From an uncultured Rhodospirillales bacterium (GTDB taxonomy: Bacteria > Pseudomonadota > Alphaproteobacteria > Acetobacterales > Acetobacteraceae), in NCBI GenBank assembly GCA_903927465.1, contig CAIYMY010000029.1:16275-80274 (forward strand): 64,000 bases of DNA, in the 5' to 3' direction. Made by a program: the position numbers and the translations under genes. The notes under the pieces were generated by a model. That model was not told the DNA's origin and did no database searches. It saw only the letters and a program-made list of their open reading frames with translations. Positions 19,156-26,452 of the stretch are shown one piece after another; positions within the stretch are counted from its first letter, which is position 1, and the number at the start of each line of letters is the position of its first letter.

Positions 19156-20166
19156 ATGGCAAGCGAAATCGCAACGGAACTCGCCGAACAGGCAGATCGC
19201 GCGCTGACGGATGCCGCGGATGTGGCGGTGCTGCGCAGCCTGGAAGCCGGCGCCTGGCCAGCTACCACTTGGGATGCCATGGCGGCACTCGGCCTGAATG
19301 GTGCGTTGGTTTCGGAAGATGCGGGCGGTGTTGGCCTGGGCTTCAGCGATGTGGCGCCGTTATTGGAAGTGTTGGGCCGCCACGCCGCGCCGGTGCCGCT
19401 AGCAGAAAGCATTTATGGCAATGCCTTGTTGGCGGCAGCGGGTATTTCACCGCCCGAAGGCACGCTGAGTTTTGGCGCGCGCAATGGCGCCATTCCCTGG
19501 GGGCGCCATGCCGGCCATGTTGCGCTACTGGATGGAGCGCGCATCGCGCTTTACCCGGCTGCCGCGCTCGCTTGGGAAGAAGCCAGCAATATCGGCCATG
19601 AGCCGCGGGATCGGGCGCGTATCATCGGCGCACCCATCGCGGAAGCGGTTTTGCCTAATAGCTGGGGCGCGGAAGCGGGCTTGCTTTGCACCGCACTGAT
19701 GCGCTCGGCCCAGATTGCCGGCGCCATGCAGGCGGCGCTGGCGCTGGCGGTGGATCACGCCAATACGCGCAAGCAATTCGGTCGTCCTATTGGGCGGTTT
19801 CAGGCGGTGCAGCAGCAATTGGCGGTCTTTGCCGCCGAAACCTCTGCCGCTTCTGTGGCTGCCGCTGCCGCAGCACGCGCGGTAGATCGGCGTGGTTTAG
19901 CAGCAGCAGCCTTTGAGATCGGTTGCGCCAAGATCACGGTGGGCGAAGCCGCCACGCGTGGTGCTGCCATTGCGCATCAGGTTTTTGCCGCCATGGGCAT
20001 TACGGAAGAACATCAGCTGCATCACTTCACGCGCCGGCTTTGGTCCTGGCGCGAAGAAGGCGGCAGCGAAGCCTTTTGGGCCAAACGTATCGGGCAGGAA
20101 GCGCAAGCCCTGTCTGGCGCGCTCTGGCCCTTCATCACCGCACGCGAGGAGGAAATCATCCCATGA
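19156..20166 (+). CDS. Acyl-CoA dehydrogenase family protein (short, degenerate partner subunit)
   Basis: RKQFGRPIGRFQAVQ and AHQVFAAMGIT.E motifs; lacks the N-terminal TEP..GSD flavin motif; 336 aa. Confidence 0.85.
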   Translation: MASEIATELAEQADRALTDAADVAVLRSLEAGAWPATTWDAMAALGLNGALVSEDAGGVGLGFSDVAPLLEVLGRHAAPVPLAESIYGNALLAAAGISPPEGTLSFGARNGAIPWGRHAGHVALLDGARIALYPAAALAWEEASNIGHEPRDRARIIGAPIAEAVLPNSWGAEAGLLCTALMRSAQIAGAMQAALALAVDHANTRKQFGRPIGRFQAVQQQLAVFAAETSAASVAAAAAARAVDRRGLAAAAFEIGCAKITVGEAATRGAAIAHQVFAAMGITEEHQLHHFTRRLWSWREEGGSEAFWAKRIGQEAQALSGALWPFITAREEEIIP

Positions 20167-20966
20167 GCCCATTCCTGAATATCGAACGTGATGGTGGTAT
20201 TGTTACCCTCACGCTCAATCGTCCCGAAAAACGCAATGCAATTTCCACGCGCGCGGAATGTGAGGAAGTGGAAGCCGCCTGCCGCACCTTGTCGCGCGAT
20301 GATAGCGTGCGCTGCGTGATTGTGACCGGTGCCGGTTCCGCCTTTTGCGCGGGTGGAGACCTTAAGGGCATGCGCGACAAAACCGGTATTACTGGTGGTG
20401 GTACGGGCGCAGAAATCCGCGAATCCTATCGCCGTGGCATCCAGCTTATTCCGCTGGCACTTTACGAATTGGATATCCCCACCATCGCGGCGGTGAATGG
20501 TCCGGCGATTGGTGCAGGGCTTGATCTGGCCTTGATGTGCGATATTCGCGTCGCCAGCGAAAAGGCGCTTTTTGCGGAAAGCTTTGTGAAGGTTGGCATC
20601 GTACCCGGTGATGGCGGCGCCTATTTGCTGCCGAAAGTGGTTGGCATGTCCAAGGCTTTGGAATTGTCCCTGACGGGCGACACCATTGGCCCGGCTGAGG
20701 CTTTGGCCTGCGGCATGGTTTCAAAAGTGGTGGCGCCGGAAGCGCTGCTGGATGCGGCGCGCGCCATTGCGGCGAAAATCGCCGCCAACCCGCCGCAAGC
20801 GGTGCGGCTCACCAAGCGCCTGCTGCGTGAAAGCCAGCACACGCGGCTGTCCACACTGTTGGAAATGTCTGCGGCCTATCAGGCGCTGGCGCATGGCACG
20901 CGGGACCATCGTGAAGCGGTGGATGCCATGCTGGAAAAACGCGCGCCAAGTTTTGAGGGAAGGTAA
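20163..20966 (+). CDS. Enoyl-CoA hydratase/isomerase (crotonase)
   Basis: LTLNRPEKRNA, FCAGGDL, AAVNGPAIGAG and ESFVKVGIVPGDGG motifs; ATGA overlap. Confidence 0.92.
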   Translation: MSPFLNIERDGGIVTLTLNRPEKRNAISTRAECEEVEAACRTLSRDDSVRCVIVTGAGSAFCAGGDLKGMRDKTGITGGGTGAEIRESYRRGIQLIPLALYELDIPTIAAVNGPAIGAGLDLALMCDIRVASEKALFAESFVKVGIVPGDGGAYLLPKVVGMSKALELSLTGDTIGPAEALACGMVSKVVAPEALLDAARAIAAKIAANPPQAVRLTKRLLRESQHTRLSTLLEMSAAYQALAHGTRDHREAVDAMLEKRAPSFEGR

Positions 20967-21161
20967 GGCGCTGCTGTAGATAAAGACCGCGTCCGAGTAG
21001 TTGGCACAGAAAAACGCCAACGCAAAAAGGACGCGATCAAGACCTTATTCGCGCGGAATCTCAGCGCTCAGGCCATCTGGAATTATGCTCATGGCAAGAA
21101 GTACTCCTATGATTTAACTGAACGCGAATTGGCGCCGCGCGGCGTTCAGATAAAGGCGTAA
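20967..21161 (+). pseudogene. Start-less 64-codon open frame, possible gene remnant
   Basis: Open frame directly after the crotonase TAA with no ATG/GTG/TTG near its 5' end; about 52% GC by hand count; protein-like translation. Confidence 0.3.
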
Positions 21162-21247
21162 ACCCTTGATGGGCCAGGCGGCATGCCTGGTGTGTCGGTT
21201 GGCTCATCACCTGGAAACGTCTTGGGACGGACTAATCCGCGCCGAAC

Positions 21248-21261
21248 TTGATATTGATCAA
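21248..21261. promoter_or_regulatory. FNR/FixK box (TTGAT-N4-ATCAA)
   Basis: Exact consensus TTGATATTGATCAA, 55 nt before the USP ATG. Confidence 0.85.
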
Positions 21262-21316
21262 TTCAGCCTCCAGCGCCCGGGCGTAACTAAGTGCCACCCC
21301 TTGGGAGGAGGCTTCG

Positions 21317-22153
21317 ATGAAACTCTACGATATTCTTGTACATATTGATCAATCGCCGCGTGCGCTGATGCGGCTTGATATCGCCGCTGAGCTGGCACGC
21401 CAGCATGGTGCGCATCTGACCGCGCTGCAGGTGATTGATGTCGCATTACCCGTGATGGCGATGGGCGATGGCGGCGGCGGTGCGGTGATTGCTGAATTGA
21501 TGGAACAGATGCGCCAATCGGCCTTGGCTGCCGGCGTGAAGCTGAAGGTGGCTTTTGAAGCCGCGCTGGCGCGTGAGGGCATTATGGGCGAATGGCGCCA
21601 GGTGGAAGGCACCACGCAGGAAATTCTGGCGCTCCATGGCCGTTACGCCGACCTACTGGTGCTTGGGCAGGATGATCCGGAAAGCGATAGTGCCGGGCTT
21701 TTGGAAGCGATGGTGTTTGATTGCGGCCGGCCTGTATTGGCCATTCCCTTCGCCGGCAGCTTCAAGACCATCGGCAAACGCGTGCTGGTTGGCTGGAATG
21801 CCAGTCGCGAAGCCTCTCGCGCGCTGCATGATGCCTTGCCGCTGATTGCCAAGGCAGAAACCGCGACTGTCTTCCTGGCCAATCCCAAGCGGGGCCTGGG
21901 TGGGCATGGCGAAGAACCGGGCGCTGATATTGCACGACATCTGGCGCGTCATGGGATGAAGGTGGAAGTCGCCATGGCGATTGCGGATGATGTGCCGGAT
22001 TCAGCGCTGCTGCTTAATCACGCGAGCGATATGGGTGCGGATTTGTTGGTGATGGGCGCTTATGGTCATTCGCGCTTGCGTGAATTCATCCTGGGCGGGA
22101 TGACGCGCAGCCTTCTCCGCGAAATGACGGTGCCGGTGCTGCTTTCGCACTAA
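21317..22153 (+). CDS. Tandem-domain universal stress protein (UspA family)
   Basis: DILVHID N-terminus, ADLLVLG, VLVGWNASREA, and DLLVMGAYGHSRLREFILGGMTRSLL signature; GGAGGAGG RBS. Confidence 0.93.
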   Translation: MKLYDILVHIDQSPRALMRLDIAAELARQHGAHLTALQVIDVALPVMAMGDGGGGAVIAELMEQMRQSALAAGVKLKVAFEAALAREGIMGEWRQVEGTTQEILALHGRYADLLVLGQDDPESDSAGLLEAMVFDCGRPVLAIPFAGSFKTIGKRVLVGWNASREASRALHDALPLIAKAETATVFLANPKRGLGGHGEEPGADIARHLARHGMKVEVAMAIADDVPDSALLLNHASDMGADLLVMGAYGHSRLREFILGGMTRSLLREMTVPVLLSH

Positions 22154-22156
22154 AGC

Positions 22157-22765
22157 TCAAGCCAGCCGGCGAAGAATCACGGAAAGATTATTCGCCGGCA
22201 TCGCTTCCACTACCGGCGCGGCGAAACCTGCCGCGCTGGCGAGCTCAGCAACGGCTTCAAGGTCACGCACACCCCATCGCACATCCTGGGCGCGCAGGCT
22301 GCTATCGAATTCCGCATTGCTGGGTGCGGTGTGCTGCCCGCCCTGCTTGAAGGGGCCGTAGAGAAACAGGATCCCATCGCGCGGCAAAACCCGCGCCGCA
22401 CCGCGCATAAGCGCTGCTGTCGCCTCCCACGGCGCGATATGGATCATGTTGATGCACAACACAGCATCGGCCTTCGGCACGGGCCAGGCATCTGCCATCA
22501 CGTCAAGCATCAAGGGCAGCAGAAGATTGGGAAGCGGCACTTCAGCCTGCCACGCCACGATGCTGGCAAGGGCAGCCGCGTCTGGGTCGGTCGGCTGGAA
22601 GCTAAGCGCCGGGAAATGTGTGGCGAAATGCAACGCATGTTCGCCGGAACCGCTCGCGATTTCCAGTACCAGACCTGAAGCAGGCAAATGGCGCGCCAGG
22701 GCTTCCGTGATGGCGGCCTTATTGCGGGCGACTGCTGGCGCAAAGCGCCGCGCATCTTCTGACAT
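22157..22765 (-). CDS. DUF938-family SAM-dependent methyltransferase
   Basis: APAVARNK, VLEIASGSGEH, NMIHIAPW, YGPF, WGVRDL and MPANNL motifs. Confidence 0.88.
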   Translation of the reverse strand: MSEDARRFAPAVARNKAAITEALARHLPASGLVLEIASGSGEHALHFATHFPALSFQPTDPDAAALASIVAWQAEVPLPNLLLPLMLDVMADAWPVPKADAVLCINMIHIAPWEATAALMRGAARVLPRDGILFLYGPFKQGGQHTAPSNAEFDSSLRAQDVRWGVRDLEAVAELASAAGFAAPVVEAMPANNLSVILRRLA

Positions 22766-22769
22766 CGAC

Positions 22770-23729
22770 TCAGGCCGCCTGGGCGCGAAATCGCGCGAGC
22801 GTGCCCCCGCGCAACACAGCACTTGGCAGGCGCCGATCCAGGATGCGTTCCGCAAGCCTGCCTGCTTCCACCAGCGCTTCCAGATCAATGCCGGTCGCAA
22901 TGCCCAGTTCAGCGCAGAGCAGCGCCAATTCCTCGGTCGCGATATTGCCGGGCGCGCCTGGCTGGCCGGCAAAGGGGCAACCGCCAAGGCCGCCTACCGC
23001 GGCATCGAAGCGCGCCACGCCCATACCAAGCCCCGCCATGGCATTGGCAATGCCAAGCCCGCGCGTATCGTGCAAATGGAGCGCCAGACGCAATTCGGGC
23101 CAGCGGTTCCGCACTTCCCCCACCACGGTTTCAATCTGGCGCGGATTAGCCCAGCCCATGGTATCGGCCAGCGTCAAATCCTGAATGGTGACGCCGGCTT
23201 CCGCCGCTATCGTCAGCCCATCCGCCACGGCCGCCATCACCTGCGCGGGAGAAACATCGCCCGCGTAATTGCAGCCAAAGGCCGCTTGCAGCCCAATGCG
23301 CGTTACCGGCACGCCGGCTGCGATATGCGCCGCCGTTTGCTTGCGCATGGCTTCAATCTGCCCGGCGCGATCGCGGTTCAGGTTCTTCAGCGAAAACGCC
23401 TCAGATGCGGCAAGGCTGATGGACCCAAAAAGATGCAAGCGATCCTTGAAGGCCAGCGCGCGATCCAACCCCGCCGCATTGAACCACAGCGCGGTGTAGT
23501 GAATATCGGGTTTGGGCGTGAAGCCCGCGACAACCGCTTCCGCATCGGCCCAGCCAGGCACAAGTTTCGGTGAGACAAAAGACGCCACCTGAATGTGCCG
23601 CAACCCGGTTGCCGAAAGCGCATCAATCAGCGCGATCTTGTCCGCACTTGGGATTGGGTTTTTTTCGATCTGAAAGCCTTCGCGTGGGCCTTCTTCGGCG
23701 ATATCCACTTGGCGCGGCAAATCGGACAT
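22770..23729 (-). CDS. HMG-CoA lyase-like DRE-TIM protein
   Basis: EEGPREGFQ, SFVSPK.VP, LADTMG, HLHDTRG and GLGGCPF motifs; start taken at ATG 23729. Confidence 0.88.
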   Translation of the reverse strand: MSDLPRQVDIAEEGPREGFQIEKNPIPSADKIALIDALSATGLRHIQVASFVSPKLVPGWADAEAVVAGFTPKPDIHYTALWFNAAGLDRALAFKDRLHLFGSISLAASEAFSLKNLNRDRAGQIEAMRKQTAAHIAAGVPVTRIGLQAAFGCNYAGDVSPAQVMAAVADGLTIAAEAGVTIQDLTLADTMGWANPRQIETVVGEVRNRWPELRLALHLHDTRGLGIANAMAGLGMGVARFDAAVGGLGGCPFAGQPGAPGNIATEELALLCAELGIATGIDLEALVEAGRLAERILDRRLPSAVLRGGTLARFRAQAA

Positions 23730-23755
23730 GGGCAGCTTCCTTCTTCTCCCATAGC

Positions 23756-23862
23756 CTAGAGCGTTTTCAAGCCAAGTGGAATCACTTGGGCTGCCGGAAA
23801 ACGCGACCAAACAGGGGTCTGGAGCGGTTTCCATGAACGCATATGCGCGAAAACAGCGCTAG
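23756..23862. repeat. CIR/RIME/Bru-RS-type alphaproteobacterial palindromic intergenic element
   Basis: 107 bp, CTAGAGCG...CGCTAG ends; GCGTTTTC/GAAAACGC arms; CCAAGTG-gaat-CACTTGG hairpin containing GAATC; CGCATATGCG palindrome. Confidence 0.75.
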
Positions 23863-23895
23863 CGCAGCATCAAACGGCCGTGAATGCTTGGGTTC

Positions 23896-24651
23896 TCAGG
23901 TCGCGTCCTTCCCCTCTCCAGTGCCAAGGGCGGTCAGTTCGCCTTCATTCAGAATTTCAATGCCGGTTTGGCCATGTAGGAAAATCAGATTACGCCGCCG
24001 GAAGACGGAAATGGCGCGGCTCACGGTTTCCAACGTCAGGCCCAGGAATTCGCCGATATCGGCGCGGGTTGCGGGTAGGTCGAAGACCGGTCCCTTATGC
24101 CCACGACGGCGCTGCGCATCCACAAGTGAGAGCAGAAAGGCTGCCACGCGTTCTTCCGCCGTGAAACGGCCAAGCGCCATGATGTGTTCCTGGCTTTGTT
24201 CCAATTCGCGCGAACAGAGATCAAGAAAGCGCCGTTCCAACAATGGATAGCGGCGGAACAACTGTTCCAGCCGACGCACTTCCATGCGGCAGACCTTGCC
24301 ATCGGTCAGCATTTCGGCGCCGAAGGCGTGTTCTTCCAAAGGTGTGAAGCCCAGAATATCGCCAGAGAAGCGAAAGCCAATCGCGGCCTGCCGGCCATCC
24401 GGCAGCACGCGCATCAACCGCGCCGTGCCATCCGTCAGCGTATAGACATAGCGCGCTACATCACCTTGGTGGAAAATCGGCGCACGCGCTTCCAGCGACA
24501 CTCTTTCGCTATCTGTGGCCATGTCGTCCAGCGCTGAGGCGTCAAGTGGCGCGCAAAGCCCAAGGGAGCGTGATCCGCATTTCACGCAGGTATCGCCGTC
24601 AGCCCCAAGGCCATCCATCATCGAACGCGTAACATCAAGCGGGTTCATCAT
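23896..24651 (-). CDS. fnrL: Crp/Fnr regulator with N-terminal Cys cluster (FnrL/FnrN-type, putative [4Fe-4S] O2 sensor)
   Basis: C-X2-C-X7-C (CVKCGSRSLGLC) plus an internal Cys (KVCR); HTH ATRADIGEFLGLTLETVSR with the ExxSR recognition helix. Confidence 0.85.
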   Translation of the reverse strand: MMNPLDVTRSMMDGLGADGDTCVKCGSRSLGLCAPLDASALDDMATDSERVSLEARAPIFHQGDVARYVYTLTDGTARLMRVLPDGRQAAIGFRFSGDILGFTPLEEHAFGAEMLTDGKVCRMEVRRLEQLFRRYPLLERRFLDLCSRELEQSQEHIMALGRFTAEERVAAFLLSLVDAQRRRGHKGPVFDLPATRADIGEFLGLTLETVSRAISVFRRRNLIFLHGQTGIEILNEGELTALGTGEGKDAT

Positions 24652-24729
24652 TGTTTGCTTCCTTGCTTTGCCTTCAGGGGGCAGACTTTTTTTGTGAGTC
24701 ACAGCATTTTGATTAGTCTCCGCCTATTT

Positions 24730-24743
24730 TTACTTATTATCAA
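24730..24743. promoter_or_regulatory. Imperfect FNR-like site in the fnrL / MBL divergent region
   Basis: TTACT-TATT-ATCAA (8/10 match, one perfect half-site) in an AT-rich intergenic stretch. Confidence 0.35.
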
Positions 24744-24839
24744 TAAAAATCTGTACTACCTGATTGGTGCTGGACAAAGCCCCAGCAAGGGACAAGGCTT
24801 CCTTTTGCACAGCCCAGAACAGATGCTGGGGAGGAAGAA

Positions 24840-26432
24840 ATGGCCTTGTCAGTCAGGGTTTGCGGCGCGGCGCGCACCGTTACCGGCTATTGCCTGGTTT
24901 TCGACACTGGGCGGAGCCGTTTTCTGGTGGATTGCGGCATGTTCCAGGGGCCGAAGACGCTGAAATCCCTGAATTGGGAGGAATTTCCTTTCAACCCGCG
25001 CGAAATTGATGCGGTGCTGCTGACGCATGCGCATATTGACCATTCCGGTCTGTTGCCAAAACTGAAAGCGGCTGGCTTTCGCGGCGTGATCCACGCCACG
25101 GCGGCGACGGCGGATCTATGCGCTGTCATGCTGCCCGATTCCGGCCATGTGCAGCAAATGGAGGTCTCGCAGCTCAATCGTCGCAACCGCCACCGGGGGC
25201 GCGCGCCAGTACAGCCCATCTATACGGTGGAAGACGCGACAGCAGTGCTTTCGGACTTCCGCGCGGTGCCTTTTGGGCGCTGGGTGGAACCCGTGCAGGG
25301 GGTGCGGGCACGCTGGTGGAATGCGGGGCATATGTTGGGCTCGGCCTCGATCGAAATTGAATGCGCTGATGGCAAGGATGCGCCGGTGCGTGTGCTTGTC
25401 TCGGGTGATTTGGGGCCGGATTGTTCGGTATTTCATCATGAAAGCGAAGCACCCGCGGCGCTGGATCATGTGTTCATGGAAAGCACCTATGGCGATGAGG
25501 AAAAGCCCTGCGTCGACCATGTGGTACGGCGCGAAAAGCTTGCAGCCATTGTGCAGGAAGCGGCAAAGCCGGATGGCGTGCTGCTGATCCCTGCCTTTGC
25601 GGTGGAACGTACACAGGAAATCTGCTGGGATTTAGTGACATTGATGCAGGCAGGCACCATTCCGCAAGTGCCGATTTTCATGGATAGCCCGCTTGCGATC
25701 CGCGCGACGGAAGTATTTCTGGAACATGCGGAAGCTCTGGAAAACGGCCAAGCCATTAGCCGGGCCTTGCGTTCCCACCTGATCCGCCCAACGGAAAGTG
25801 GGGAAGCGAGCCGCCGCATCGCGGAAGCCGAAGGCTTTCACATCGTCATTGCCGGTTCGGGCATGTGCGATGCCGGGCGCATTCGGCATCATTTGAAGCG
25901 CTGGCTCTGGAGTCCCGCCGCCACAGTCATGCTGACTGGTTATCAGGCGGAAGGCACGCTCGGCCGGCTATTGCAGGAAGGCAAGCCGGAGGTTCGCATT
26001 CAGGGCGAGACCATACGTGTCGAAGCGAAAATCACCGAGGTTCGCGATTTCTCCGGCCACGCCGATGCAACCGAATTGGCGCGCTGGCTTGCGGCGCGTG
26101 GCAAGGTGTTGGGTGGCGTCTTCCTGGTGCATGGCGAAGCGCCGGCGATGGAAGCGCTTGCCAAGCGCCTGACCGAAGGCGGGATTGCCGCCGCGGACCA
26201 GGTGATCCAGCCGGTGCTGGATGAGAGCTGGGCGCTGCCTAAGGGCGCGCTACCAAAGCGCCTGGAAAGCGAAGGCCGCCGCGCTGATCCGGTGCGCAGC
26301 ATGCGCCCCGATTGGCATAATCAGCGCGCAGCACTGATGCTTGCGATTGAAAGTGCAACGGAAAACGCGCGGGATGACGCGGCCCGCGAAGCCATGATGC
26401 ACAAGCTGCGCGCGGTGCTGGAAGCGCGTTGA
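24840..26432 (+). CDS. MBL-fold beta-CASP hydrolase, RNA-specificity type (Ysh1-like)
   Basis: DCGMFQG, THAHIDHSG, NAGHMLGS, SGDLG, MESTYG and FSGHAD motifs; C-terminal helical extension. Confidence 0.9.
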   Translation: MALSVRVCGAARTVTGYCLVFDTGRSRFLVDCGMFQGPKTLKSLNWEEFPFNPREIDAVLLTHAHIDHSGLLPKLKAAGFRGVIHATAATADLCAVMLPDSGHVQQMEVSQLNRRNRHRGRAPVQPIYTVEDATAVLSDFRAVPFGRWVEPVQGVRARWWNAGHMLGSASIEIECADGKDAPVRVLVSGDLGPDCSVFHHESEAPAALDHVFMESTYGDEEKPCVDHVVRREKLAAIVQEAAKPDGVLLIPAFAVERTQEICWDLVTLMQAGTIPQVPIFMDSPLAIRATEVFLEHAEALENGQAISRALRSHLIRPTESGEASRRIAEAEGFHIVIAGSGMCDAGRIRHHLKRWLWSPAATVMLTGYQAEGTLGRLLQEGKPEVRIQGETIRVEAKITEVRDFSGHADATELARWLAARGKVLGGVFLVHGEAPAMEALAKRLTEGGIAAADQVIQPVLDESWALPKGALPKRLESEGRRADPVRSMRPDWHNQRAALMLAIESATENARDDAAREAMMHKLRAVLEAR

Positions 26433-26452
26433 ATTTTCACCAGCGGCGTATC

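Noticed and set aside
21168-21208. Riboswitch or sRNA in the hairpin-rich stretch (GATGGGCC/GGCTCATC, CCAGGC/GCCTGG)
   Set aside because: The stems overlap, and I recognise no known family motif; it could simply be a weak terminator.
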